Assembly (NCBI GenBank): GCA_965178125.1
Contig: OZ237735.1
Coordinates: 310,001-374,000, forward strand
Direction of reading: 5' to 3'
DNA: 64,000 bases
DNA from: Bilabrum cf. latius
Lineage: Eukaryota
A model generated the notes under the pieces. The model did not search any database and was not told the DNA's origin. It saw only the letters and a list, made by a program, of their open reading frames with translations. A program made the translations under genes and the position numbers. Shown here in pieces: positions 1 to 12,046 of the stretch. Positions within the stretch are counted from its first letter, which is position 1. The number at the start of each line of letters is the position of its first letter.

Positions 1-153
1 GCGCGAAATGAAATGATTTACCCCTCTGCAGCAATTTGAAGTGGAAAGTACGCCACGTCGGCTCGGCCAGAGTCGCGATCGTGCAGTGCACAATATTAAT
101 ATTCCGAATCTTCACATAAAGGATTCTCAAAACTGCTAGTGTTCACTCATTGC

Positions 154-1089
154 ATGATGATTTCGGCGCGAATCCCTCGATTATTTGGAAGAATTTAGTC
201 GATGCTACCGGTATAGCTGCGCTGTGGTCGAAATAACTTTTCTCATAGTCGATTCGCTTCACAAAATTCAGACGGCTTGGTTTGGGTGCGATTGAAGGGA
301 CTTCCTAAAGCGAGTGATTCCGTAGATGTTGCCTAGATGATAGAGTCTACGGGAACACCGGTCCACGACATAGTTGTGGGGACTCGCGGTACCGTGATCG
401 GCCCGTGGTTCGTAAAAGTCCCGGCTAACAGGGCAACAAGAGTTGGGGACCTCGGAACGAGCGCAACAGGCACGCGGTCGCTGCAGCCTGAGATTGTCCC
501 AAATGTTCATTCTGTTCGAAACAAGCAGATAGTTCCTGTGGGAACTCCTGGCATTGTGATCAGCGGGTTCCACCCCTCCGCGACCGTCGAGGACGTGCAT
601 GCCTTCCTGGCGCCGCACGTGTACCCAGCAACCGGAAAATCTAGCGATTCGAACCTCATGTCCCAGCTCCCGCCAGTAGTGCATGAGTCAGACCCGGTGG
701 CGCTGCTGGACGATCGCGCCAAAGAGCGGGGCACCCCGGGGCCTTGGCTTCGAAACATGCTAGCCCGACCAGACCGCGCCAGGACAAGGCCCCTGCCCCG
801 CGACCGCACCAACTTCTCGAGGGTCTCAATCCCCTTTGACCACCCCGTGGACGACCCCATCGAGGTGTGTGTGCACACCCTGCAGCCCGCGGGACCCTCC
901 TGGGCCAATGCGCTGGCGACTGTGCTCTGCCGCTCACAGGCTGACGCAGTCAAGCTGCAGCAGCTCAAGCACGGGACCTTCATTCCGGCAACCAACGCGC
1001 ACGTGGAGCAGTCCGCCTCTGTCTCTCTGCAGTACAACTCTCACATTGGAAGCTCGTACAGGACCGCGTTTGTGAGACTGCTCCCATGA
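154..1089 (+). CDS. Putative RRM/qRRM-like RNA-binding protein with an Arg/Ser-rich, mitochondrial-presequence-like N-terminus (TAG read as Gln)
   Basis: Frame is open from ATG 154 to TGA 1087-1089, broken only by TAG at 196, 214 and 334. N-terminus MMISARIPRLFGRIQSMLPVQLRCGR has no acidic residues. LVWVRLKGLP resembles an RNP2-type motif. Confidence 0.5.
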
Positions 1090-1307
1090 CGGTGCAAGCG
1101 GGGCATGCGGTTGGGACTGCGTTACAGAGCACCAGTGAGTTCGAACGCCTGTTCATGGCAAGAGTACGATAGCGATGGTGGAAATAACTAAATTGGTGGT
1201 CTACGGGCACAGGCAGGCCCACAATGAGCATCGCAAGACCACCGGACGGATGACCGTGGGCCAGGAACTCCTCCTAGCCAGCTCGCCCGTGTGGGCACGA
1301 GCGGCTC

Positions 1308-4300
1308 TCACCACGGCTCGTCCGCAGCGAGGCACACCCCGAGGCACGCGAGGCCCTCCCCCTGGATCACGTTATCGGCGGGGGTCACCTGCACGAGGCC
1401 GGCGGTGGCGTTCACCCTGGGCAGTTCCCACTGCTGGTCACCTGACCCTCCGGGGAAGTCGTGGCACGAGTACAGCAGCGGCGTGTTCCCAGTGGAGGCC
1501 TTCTTGCCCCCGGCGTCGAGACACAGCCCGGTCTGCTTGTGCACGATGTGGCCGGTCAGCCCCTGGATCTCCCACTGCTGGGAGGGCTCCGTGGAGTCGC
1601 ACGCGGCGCTCGACAGCACGCCCTGGCCCTCTGGCCCTGCCGAGGCCTTGGACCTCGTCTGGTTGCTCGCGCTCCCGCTCAAACATAGCTTCGAGGCGCG
1701 GAAGCCGCCCTCCCGCTGCTTCCCCTCCCCAGCCCCGGCGGTGCTCTCGTCAGGACCCCCCGAGGGAGGTGTCTGCACGGCCTGCAGGGTGCCGTCCGTG
1801 TTGAGCAGCCAGCGAGTGGCGAGGTTGGCCGTCCCGTGGTGCTGGCAGTAGGCCGTGAAGGGCTTGCCCACGACCCCGTGCCCGCCACCTTTGCCCACCT
1901 GCTGCTTGAGCAGCGCGACGTCTGCGGGGTCCGCGGCAGAGCGCACGTGGCCGGGGCAGTGGTGCAGGGGCACGGCGGCGAGGAGCTCCGTGGCCGGCAC
2001 CCGCGCGTCGTCAGGGAGCCCCCGCAGCCTTCGCGCGAAGGCCATTCCCTGATCGGCCTCGCACTCTCCGCTGCCCACTGCCTGGCGCACCGCCTCCACG
2101 GCCTCCCTCCGGCTGACGGACATGGCGCCGAGCCTCCCCGCGGGGACCGGGACTGCTGCGGCGCCTCCCAGGCGGCCGCTGCCCTCGGCGTTGGAAGGCG
2201 CCTCGCAGGTCAGGAAGGGGCTGAGTCCGCGCGGGTCCAGGTTTTCGGGGGTGACGTCTGCGGTCTGCGTGTACCAGTAGAGCAGCTTCTCCTGGAGTGC
2301 CAGCTGGAGTGCGCCGTAGGAAGGCTGCCCGAACACGTTGTTGATCTCCCTCGGGTCCTTCTCCAGGTCATAGAGCTCGCTCTGTCCCCGGGGGCGCCAA
2401 ACCAGTTTGCTCGTGAGGTTCTTGATCATGACCGCCCTCGGCGATGCGTCGGGGTAGTGCGAGAGCTCTTCCTGGTACCTGGGGTAGTACAGGTTGCGCT
2501 TGTCGTGCACGCCGCCCTGCTGGCTGGGATCGTTCGCCTCGATCTCGTCGTCGTAGTAGAAGCCGCCCTCGGAGAACGCGAACGAGTCATCCGTTGGGTA
2601 GGCCCCCTGCTGGCCCTCCAGGTGCTGTCTTAAGGACCTGGCAAAGTGCACGTGGGATGCGTTGACCCCAGCGAGGTCCATCATGGTGGCCCAGGCGTCG
2701 AAGGACTGCACGGGGCCAGTCACGTTGTTGCCCTTGGTGACCCCGGGGATGTTGATCATGAGAGGCACGCGAGTGAGCATGTCGTCCAGCCCGCCGGGCC
2801 ACTTCTCTACCAGGTCGGCTGCGAGACAGGGACAGGGAGTAGGGAAGAGGGTTGGGGGCGAGGTGCAGCGGGGATGGAGAGTCGCTCGATGGAACAAGGG
2901 CAGATGGGCAGGGCGGGGACCGAAACGACGCGACTTGCAGTCGTATGCGAATCGATCTCCTATATCTGCTGCGGGTTGGCAGGCACATCAAGCCAACCCT
3001 GGGCTTTGCTGCCACCAGGCATGGTGCCGTTGGTTTCCTCACAGTTTCCAGAAAAGTCCCCATGGTCCGAGGACAGCATGGTGACCGTGCGGTCCGACAT
3101 GCCGGCAGCGTCCATGCCGTCCAGCAGCTGGCCGAACACCCAGTCCGTGTACGTGGCGGCACCGGCGTAGGTGGCGTGGATCTTGTAGAATGCAGTCTCG
3201 GGGTCCCAGGAGCCCGCCTTCTTGGTCAGGTTGCGGTAGGCAGGGATGCCGTCTTCCTGCGAGTAGTACCGTGGCTTGTTGGGCGGGCTGGGGGGCCGCA
3301 GGGGCGCCTTGCTCCTGAACTCGTCGGGGTCGTACATGTCCTGGTAGCCCTCGGGGGCGCCGTACGGAGGGTGTGCGCCGATGCCAGGGATCCAGATCAC
3401 GAACGGCTCTGGCGGGTTGTTTTGCATGAACTCAACGGCTAGTTGCACGGCCAGGTAGTCGTGGTTGGCCGTGTCGTTGCCTAGGATGTTGCTGCCGTCT
3501 GCTTGGAACGAGTAGTAGCCAGCCTCCCCGAATGGGAAGGAGTTGGGACCGCGCTCCACCCCAATAACATCGTGCCACTCGCTCACGCTGCGGGGTGCCG
3601 AGAAATCGACTGGGCGAATAACCATGCGGGGGTGAGGGGATAGGTGCTTGGCGGATCCTACGGGACGAGACTGGCTCACCTGCTCGTGAAGCTCTCCTGA
3701 GAGAGCATGTCGTTCTTGCCCAAGAACAGCACGTGATAGCCGGCATCTTTCAGGTACCTCAGCCAGTTGTTCTCGTACTCTCGCACCAGGTGCGTTTGCG
3801 TGCGATGACCAAGCACGTGCATGTAGCGGCCTGTGATTGCCAAGCACCTGCGACATGTTCGAGGCTTCATCTGGCGCGAAGATTCATAAATATCATACTT
3901 TTGTTACATTCGGGCATACGACTGCACAAATACTGACCGAGATGGGCTGCACTGCGTGTGCAGCACATGAGCTTGCTAGAATATGGCGGCGCCCTTGTCC
4001 TTCACGAATCGGTCGTAATTCGGTGTCTTGGTGACCGGGTGCCCATACACGCCTAGTATTTCCGCTTGTGTTTCTGCAGGACTTGGAATATATTCAGTTG
4101 ATCCCGAAACATTTACAGTTGCAACACGGCTTGTGACGCGCAGCGGCAAAAAGCCCTTGAGCTTACCATCCGGGAACATAAATACAAAATTCGGTCGAGC
4201 TGCGCATCATAATCACAGAAACGAAATAGATGGTTCGATGGGTGCTGTGTAGGATTGTTTGTGAGGTTCTCTAGCGGGCAGGCTCACAATCAGACGAGTT

Positions 4301-4411
4301 CGGCCGAGGGACTTGCAGCGGCCCATTCGGTGACAATACTGGCGTCTTTCCGATCAACGGGTTTGCATATGATGTAGCTATGACCGCGAAAACGACTGAC
4401 AATGCCCGCAT
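1308..4411 (-). CDS. Secreted formylglycine-type sulfatase with a C-terminal ricin-B-lectin-like domain; multi-exon
   Basis: Signal peptide MRALSVVFAVIATSYA; RPNFVFMFPD; CSPSR(CLAITGRY) catalytic motif at ~3937-3951, split by an intron; SDHGD; ELYDLEKDPRE; QQWEI and GDQQW ricin-type repeats. In-frame TAG at 3976, ten codons before the catalytic Cys. Several GT-AG introns. The TGA at 1308 could instead be a splice donor. Confidence 0.85.
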
Positions 4412-4535
4412 CGTGGGCAGAATACAGTAGCAATGCCAACTGCCATCTCGCGCTCTAGTTAGCGCAAACCGGAACCCTAAGGCAGGATCAGCGAGCACCA
4501 TGGAGGAGTCCCCATTGAGTGACTTAGCAGACCGA

Positions 4536-5765
4536 TTACGTCCACCGGGAACGCTTCTTTCGCCTAGATTCTCCCTCTAGCGGTCGTGACGGCCCGCGGT
4601 GCTGCCCCCCCTCTCTCCCCCGCTCCCCACCTGCAAGCGGGCTCCTGCTCCTGCTTCTGCTCCTGCTCCTGCTCCTCGAGGGGGAGGGGGACCTGGACCG
4701 GGAGCGCTTGCGCCCGCCCCGCCTCTCCCGTCCAAACAGATCCTCGTCTGCGTCGCCTCCCCCAGCTCCTGCACCGCCTTCTTCTCCTCCTCCTACATTA
4801 TCATCATCATGCCTGCCGCTGCCGCTACCAGCAGGGCCGGGGCCGGGGCTGGGGCTGGGGCCGCTCAGCAAATCAGGTGCTGAGCTCGGAGCAGGCAGGG
4901 AAGCAGCAGCCCTTGCCACCTACCCACTCGTCACACCATCGCTGACCCTCACGGCGCTGGAGCTGGAACTAGAGCTCCCGCCCGCAGTTCCCGAGCCCTG
5001 CTAGCAGGCCGATGATGCAGTCTACGCAGCTGATGTTGCCGGCAAACTGGGCTGTGCACCAGCTGTGGCTAGCGTACTGCCACCACTAGTAGTAGCAAGG
5101 CCCGTGCTCGCCCCGCCGGTTGGGCCCACTGCCACTGCATCTGGCAGCTGGGGCTCGGCACCCCATCGCCTCTTCCGCCTGCCTGGTGCCGGCGCGCCTG
5201 CGACTCCAGACTCGGGCGCTGCCGAGGCTGAGATGGCGCTTGACGCTACAGGGTGGGGTTTGATGAGTCCGGCGGGGATGGGGGGCTTCCCCACCCCTTG
5301 GGCGCGCAGGCGCTCTACGGCTTCCAGCACGACGGCTGCCTGGTCATGGCTCGCCTTGGCCAGTGCCCCGCCTGTCGTACCAGACATCACTGAGACCGGC
5401 ACACCGCTAGGGTTGTCATTTGCTTCTTGCATCAAACGCATTAATTCTGTCACAAATTGGCGAGTTTTGCCCGCAAGGAATCCTTCTAGCTGCTGCTCAA
5501 GAGCGACTGGATTCGGGTGCTCATGCTGCTTGGGGTCAAGCAACGCGCCGACGAGACCCTCCAAGATATCATCAGAAAAACCAAGCATCTCCTCAAGTCG
5601 TCGACGGTACCAAATTGTTATGAAAGTCATTTGCAGATGTGCCAGTGATATTTTGCTCGCTTGTTTGTACTCCTTTGGAGCTGAGGAGCGTATTTTCCTT
5701 TTACGGCTGGCATCTTTATTTGTAAATCGAGTGTCCTACGCTATGCTTGACCCACGGAACGACAT
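4536..5765 (-). CDS. SRRM1: SRRM1/SRm160-like PWI-domain splicing factor with RS-rich tail
   Basis: MSFRGSSIA*DTRFTNK matches the SRRM1 N-terminus FRGTSxxQDxRFxNK. PWI core WYRRRLEEMLGFSDDIL...LEGFLAGKTRQFVTELMRL. RSRSRS tail. TAG at 5736, 5022, 5001 and 4920; ends TAA. Confidence 0.8.
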
Positions 5766-6240
5766 CGACCTGCTGTTTATTGTCTCTTGCCGTCGTCGCC
5801 GGCGGGAGCTTTCGGAAGCTGCTTTCCTGTGGCGCATGATGACGAGTGCCAAACGTGAGCCTTGGCGGTGGTGCAGGGCGTGTGTCCAAGCTGGGACAGG
5901 CTCCCATGCGAGCAATGTAGCGATTGCAGTTCGTGTGAAGGTGGGCACTGATTCATTCGAGGAAGAGCAAGCGTACTCGTGCAACACACAGCCACACATG
6001 CCCGTCCACACAAGAGAGCCCTGCCATCACGCGCTCTTCGATGTCCCGGCTACAATCACCGAGACCTTTCCGCATGAGCAGGTCTCCATCCAGCATCCAC
6101 ACAGCGCTTCATCCGGCGCTGCCCACCCTTTTCTGTGCCAGACCGACGAAACAGATCATTCCGAAACGGGGTTGCCTTCTCCACCGGCCAGGCGATTTCC
6201 TAACGCAACGGACCACAGCCACAGGTCCCGCAGGAAGCAC

Positions 6241-6958
6241 TCAGCGGTACGACTTCTGGTAGCGAGCACGAGCCGAGGGGCCACCGAACTTCTTGGGCTC
6301 GCAGCGGCGGGGGTCGGCGACCAGCAGGAGCCGGTCGTACGCAACAAGCTTGCTCTTGATCTCAGTCTTGGAGGCCTCGTCCACGACTGCGGTAGATGCA
6401 CGAAAGGAGGCACATCTTGTTTCATCAAATATAGAAGGGCTATGCAAAGGGACACGCATCGGGCGATAAGAGGCTCACACTTCTGGTAGTAGGCAACGAG
6501 GGCCTTGGCGATTGCCTGCCTGATTGCGAACACCTGAGAAGAATAACCACCACCCTTCACGCGGACGCGCATGTCCACGCCAGCAAAGTACTGCTGTCCC
6601 AGCAACATCACGGGCTCAAGCACCTTGGCACGCAGGATAGCGGGCTCCAGCAGCTGGATGGGGCTGCCGTTCACGCGCAGCACACCACGTCCACGCTTGC
6701 AATGGCACACAGCCACGGCGTTACGCTGCAAAACAAATAGCAATAACATGGAGAAGACACAATTTATAGGCTTGAGACGCTTTAGATCATGAAAAGGCTG
6801 GCCCAGGAGGATGCCCGTCAAGTGCAACACAACGATACTTGCGGGAAGCGCCGGCTCCTATGCACAGCACTGGCTTCAATTATCCCACTGATACAACTAA
6901 CCTTCCTTCCGAAAACCTGAACGGACTCAGCCTTAGCTCCGGCACCAGCAGCCGCCAT
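6241..6958 (-). CDS. RPS16: 40S ribosomal protein S16 (uS9); exons 6958-6902, 6725-6479, 6386-6241
   Basis: [17 protein letters not shown]...[20 protein letters not shown]...[22 protein letters not shown]. Two GT-AG introns; ends TGA. Confidence 0.97.
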
Positions 6959-7283
6959 GGTAAATCAATTTGATGATCGGAATCGAACGACTGGTCGGTG
7001 GGATCGGACCGAGGTTACAACCGGCTAGATCGGATCAACACAGCGCCAACCACCGCCACGAGGCAAATAAGTCCATTGAATTGCCCGTAGGGACGGTGAG
7101 TAGCATGTGTAGGCTACAAAATCACTTCCATTGATGCATAATTTACGATTGATTGCTGCATATTCTGACGAAGCTCCTTCACGCGAGCCTCATGAAGCAG
7201 ATTTGTAGGTTGCACGCTGCAACTGCTGCAATTTTGTCGGCAATCTCTGACTGTCCTCTTTCTTTCGCAGTGCGGGAGAGACC
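6959..7283. promoter_or_regulatory. Probable bidirectional promoter between RPS16 and RPL13
   Basis: 325 bp separate the divergent start codons. The spacer includes a possible 5'-UTR intron (gtgagt ~7096 to tttcgcag 7270). Confidence 0.55.
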
Positions 7284-8071
7284 ATGGTTAAGCATAACAA
7301 CGTGGTACCCAATGCCCACTTCCGCAAGCAGTGGCAGCGCCGTGTGAAGACATGGTTCAACCAGCCCCTGCAGAAGAAGGCGCGCCGGGAGGCCCGCGCT
7401 GCCCGCGTCGCGAAGATGGCCCCGCGCCCTGCCCACCTTCTGCGACCTGTGGTCCGGTGCCAGACGCAGCGCTACAACATGCGCGTGCGTGCCGGCCGTG
7501 GTTTCACTCTGGAGGAGCTCAAGGTAAGTCGTTCGCATGCAGCGGTCAAACTGCCAGCCTTTCTGTGGCAAGAGCTTCCTATCGTACGTGTTGCAATGCG
7601 TTGAGTGTCCAGTACTTTTATTATCACCTTCCGCAGGCCGCTGGCGTGAGCAAGTACCAGGCCCGCTCCATCGGTATTGCTGTCGACCACCGCCGTCGCA
7701 ACAAGTCTGAGGAGAGCCTGCGCGCCAACACTGCCCGCCTGCAGCAGTACATGGCTCGCCTGGTCGTCAAGACTAACGCCCAGTCCAAGAAGTGGGCCAA
7801 GGACAAGGCTGGCCGCTCTGCCGAGCTTGCCGACTTCGCCGCTGGCAAGGACGCTGGCGTGGCTGGTGAGGGCAAGGCCATCCTGGCCATCGGCTCCGGT
7901 CGCTCCGACCAGGTTGAGTTCAAGCCTATCACTGATGACATGAAGAGCACCATGGCGTTCCGCGCATTGCGCCAGGCTTGGGTAGACCAGAAGATGGGAG
8001 GCATCCGGGTGAAGCGTGCCGAGGACGCCGCCAAGAAGGCCGCCGCCAAGAAGAAGAAGGGCAAGAAGTAA
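7284..8071 (+). CDS. RPL13: 60S ribosomal protein L13 (eL13); intron 7524-7636
   Basis: [28 protein letters not shown]...[13 protein letters not shown]...[16 protein letters not shown]; ends TAA. Confidence 0.97.
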
Positions 8072-8320
8072 GCGGACTGGCAGTATGCAGCAGGATGAAG
8101 GCGGTCTGAGTTGCTGACCGTGCAAGAGTGGGGAGGGGAGGATGTGGGCGAACGGTTTGGAAGTGGTGCGGGAGGGTTCAGTAGTTTGAGAGCCAGGGCA
8201 CCGGCTAGGTGTGGGAGGGTTCCGAGCGCGCGCAGATACCGCGTGATGCTTGAAAGTTGACCAACAAACGGTGTTATCGAATCTCCAGATTGTGCCCCCG
8301 TGGCTCACCCGGTCTCTCGC

Positions 8321-9034
8321 TTAGGATGTGCCCGAGGTACCATTGCTGCCGATGCTGCCTGCCCCGCCTGTCCATCCGTCCGGGGGCTCCCAAGAGCCTA
8401 TCTTTCTCCTCGAATCGAAGTAGAAGTTTCTCTTGCGCACGTCTGACCACAGGACCACGACGCAACTGCCACTGCCTGCCGACTCATCCACTGACGATGG
8501 CTGGATGCCGCCGACGCTTGCCGCTCTGGCTGTCGAACTCGAGGGTGCCCCAGATGATGATGATGATGATGATGACCCCCGCTGCTGCTGCTGCTGCTGA
8601 GGGGCTGCCGCTGACGCTCCCTCTGAAGCCCCTGCGGAAGGCAGGCCCACCTACCCTACCCGGCCCGATTCGGAGAGTCGTACCCCACCCGCCAGTCGGA
8701 CCCCAGCCGAACGTGCCGGCCTAAGGCTACCTTGTTCTTCAGTCCTCCTCCGCTTGCGGCCCCTGTCCATGTGCCCGGCCTTGCTTTTACTACTCGCCGC
8801 TGCTGCCTTTCTTTTCTTACCTGCCCGCCCACGCCGGCCCTTTGCCTGGTTGCTGCCCTTGCTGCCCTCCGAGTCGATCGCCCGCCACCTCCACCGCTCC
8901 CGACCCCTTCTGCGGGCCAGCTGCAGGGCGAGGGCTCGGAAGCCCAAGGCAGAGACTGGGGCTGGGGCTGATGATGCGGAAGTGGCTGTGGATGATGTCC
9001 CTGCCATACCCAAGGCAGAGGACGCGCGCGCTGC

Positions 9035-9073
<39 letters not shown>

Positions 9074-9934
9074 ACTGCTCGTACCACTCTCCGAGCCATG
9101 GGCGTCGGCCTGCTCTTTTCGATCAGGATTGCTCTGGGGCGCTACTATTCGTCCATCACTGCTAGGGCGCTACACGCTGCGAGCCACAGCCAATGCTGAT
9201 GAAGCCGCGGCCTTGCTGCCGGCCCTGACCGCTTCTCGGTGTGCGGCGCGAGCCTGCACCCGGGCACTTGCTCGAGATCGTTCCGCCCTGTTCACTTGGG
9301 CTCGCAGCAACTTCCTGTCAGGCTCAAGACCTCCATCTAGTGCAGCGTTGTGCCGCTTGGCGTATTCGCGATGCCGCCATTCAAGGTCCGCTCTCGTGCC
9401 GTCGGTGGGCATGCCTAGTCCCTGCAAGTACTGCTTGAGAGCTCGAACTGACATGGTGTTGTACGGCAGAATGCCCATCCGCTGCAAAGGTTTCGATGCT
9501 TGTTTTCCAGAGCCTGCTCCGGCGGTTAAGCTTTCTGCTGCCTTTGAGCTTTGCCGCGCCCCGACAGGACCCTTTGAACCAGTTCGTAGTATGTGCCCGA
9601 CAGCCTGCAGAGAAAGGCATGGCACCGCATCATTAGGGCAAGCAGGTACCCGACATACTGGGCAAAACCTTCCGTGTCTTGCTGGTTGAGATTCGAATGC
9701 TGTGTGAAGACAGTAGCTACAAAACGTGTGGTTGCACTTTGGAAGCAGGACCGGATACTCCACCGTTGCACGGCACACTGGGCATTCCAGAGCTTCCCGC
9801 AATTTGCTTAAAATGATAGACTCGGTTAAAGCTCCTGTAGCAGGATTTGTCAGGCCGCTGCCAGCAGTGCCAAGGGCTGGACTTGGTAAAGGGCTATCCA
9901 GAGTGCGCGGTGTCCGTCGCACGAACCTATCCAT
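8321..9934 (-). CDS. RAD18: RAD18-like E3 ubiquitin ligase (RING + SAP, low-complexity tail, WW-like C-terminus)
   Basis: C3HC4 RING CPVC...CNHTFCSYC...CPVC. RAD18-type SAP LKQYLQGLGMPTDGTRADLEWRHREY..RHNA. ORF pieces are joined in one frame by TAG at 9170 and 8651; ends TAA. Confidence 0.75.
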
Positions 9935-11217
9935 CGCCTCACGCCACTGGCAGCACCATGCGTGACCGCCTCATTGAGAAGAAGACCACTGGGCAACACG
10001 ACGCGCAGTGGCGCGGTGTGGTTGCCGACCTTAAACGAACCAGGCTGTGGTACTCGCTAGCGTGCGCTGCACCAGTCGTGGTGGAGTAGTTGCTTAATGC
10101 GGCCTCCTCACATGCCAAGCAGTGATATTCTGACATGAATTATATAACTTTGGCGCAGCACAACCTACCGGCTTGCTGCTGTGACAGGTCCCCAGGCACG
10201 GCCATGCGGCAGGGGCCAACGTACGCACCTAGCCACTGCCAGTGGCAGCCTGACTGAGTGGTGACCCTCCGAGTCGCGGCATGCGCCACGATCTAGTCAT
10301 GCCGTGATTACTGCACTCCGACAGAGCTGGGGCCCACCCAGCTACCATTGCAGCAGGTTCATCCTCCATAGGAACAAGCCCTGCCAGGAGGGCATCAGGC
10401 ACCACCGTCGGCCTCTGCCAGTGGACCGGCGGGACGTGATGTGGGGAGGACGCCGGGCTGCGAGCCCCGAGAAATTGACCCCGCCAGATTTTTGCTGCAC
10501 GCCAGAAGTTGAGACAGAGGCACAATTGGTACCACAAAGCTTTCAATTGCGTGGTACATAGAGCTTCAGTTGTGCGTGTTTCTTCTTAGGTAGCTTACGC
10601 AAGGCGCTTGGCCTCGATCTGATCCAGAGCTGTGTGCGGGTCAACCTGCGCATGGTAGGTTGCGCTGCTCTCTCTTTCTTTGGGTTGTGACTCGCGACGC
10701 CAGGGTGGTGTCATTGGAGCACCCGCAATCTCTACACAAAAGGCAAGTCAGAGCAAGGCAGCCTCGAACTGAATCCGATTCCACTGGCAGACACTGTTGG
10801 CAAGCAAGGGCCTACTTATGCTGCTCGTCAGTGCACTGGCAGACCATGATCCTGGAGCACACACCCTCCACCCGTTGCACCAGATCTTCATTAGCTTGTA
10901 CAGCCAGTATTATTTCGACTTGACCGAGAGCGCGCATGCCTGTGGCAGGCTTGCAGGGCGCCCAAATCGTGTGTTGAGCACCTGCTTTGCGCCCCCCCCC
11001 CCCTGTTCCCCATGTGGCTTTGAAGCACAGAGAAGCAGCCACATACATATAAGATTCCCACATGTTTTCGCCCTCCATTGTGGCGCTTCTAGTCTAGCCA
11101 TCGACGAGCAAAAGAGCTCCGGGATGCTGGGGGGATCTGATATTTTGTGGACTCAACTCAAAAGCGCACGCTATCACGAAGAAACATCTGGAACGAGGGC
11201 CCGGGACCTACCAGACT

Positions 11218-11750
11218 TCACGCTTCAGCTGCAATGGCCTAAACCACCTAAGCTCCACCCTGGGGACCCATTTCCCCCTGGGGAGCGTCAGCGTTCACGT
11301 TCCCTCCGGCGCCCGCTGCCGGCACCCCGTCCTGCTGCCCGTTCTGAGCCAACCCTGCCTTGACGTTGGCGATCGCCACGGCGAGGTTGTTGTTTTCGGC
11401 TGCCCCTACAGCCAGGCTGGCAAAGTCCTCCCGGACCGCCCTTGCGAGCGCCCGTTTGGCCTTCGCTGCAGCCCTCCTCGATCCCTTCGAGACAAAATCG
11501 AGGATCCTTGAGTGGTCCTGCATGACCCGTGAGTACATAGTGTGGTACACACGCTGTTCCCCGCGCACGTGCTGGTGCTAGGCGGCAACGGAGAGGCGAG
11601 CCTTTGCCACAGAAGTATGCTGCAACCTCTTTGTACCGTTCGATTTGAGGCAGCTGCGAAATACGGATTCACAAGACCGGCGATGAGAAATCTCATTGTG
11701 CCGATCTCCTCGCCACAGCTGCAGCAGACATATTTGGAACTCCACTTCAC
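11218..11750 (-). CDS. Possible hypothetical protein; start not resolved
   Basis: Frame is open with TAG read-through (~11578, 11248, 11239) to TGA at 11218, giving a helical-looking sequence. No recognisable motif and no clear ATG. Confidence 0.25.
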
Positions 11751-12046
11751 AGGTAAGTCATAATCGGGGGTTTCTCGAAACGATAGTGCGGCGTTTACCG
11801 TTTGTTTACGCTGGTTTGGTCGCGATCACGCCTGATTCGGCAGCAAGGCGAGCGAGCGTAGCGCTGCTTGTCTGCCGCCTGGTCACTTTCTGTCCGCATA
11901 GTTCACTTACGCGATCGCCTAAGGTCGGTCAAACCATGCTCTGCCTGCTTGCTGCTTGGTTTTATTTTGGCTAAACACGGTTTCTGTGGTGGTGGCTGCC
12001 AGCAAGCACCACAAGAATTATGCGCACCTAATCTATCATCGCAGCA

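Noticed and set aside
5835-5955. Possible C/D-box snoRNA (ATGATGA ... CTGA)
   Set aside because: No convincing terminal stem or recognisable rRNA guide; the motifs can occur by chance.
11745-11762. U1 snRNA 5' end (ACTTACCTG on the minus strand)
   Set aside because: The downstream U1 stem-loops and Sm site are absent; better explained as a plus-strand splice donor CAG|GTAAGT.
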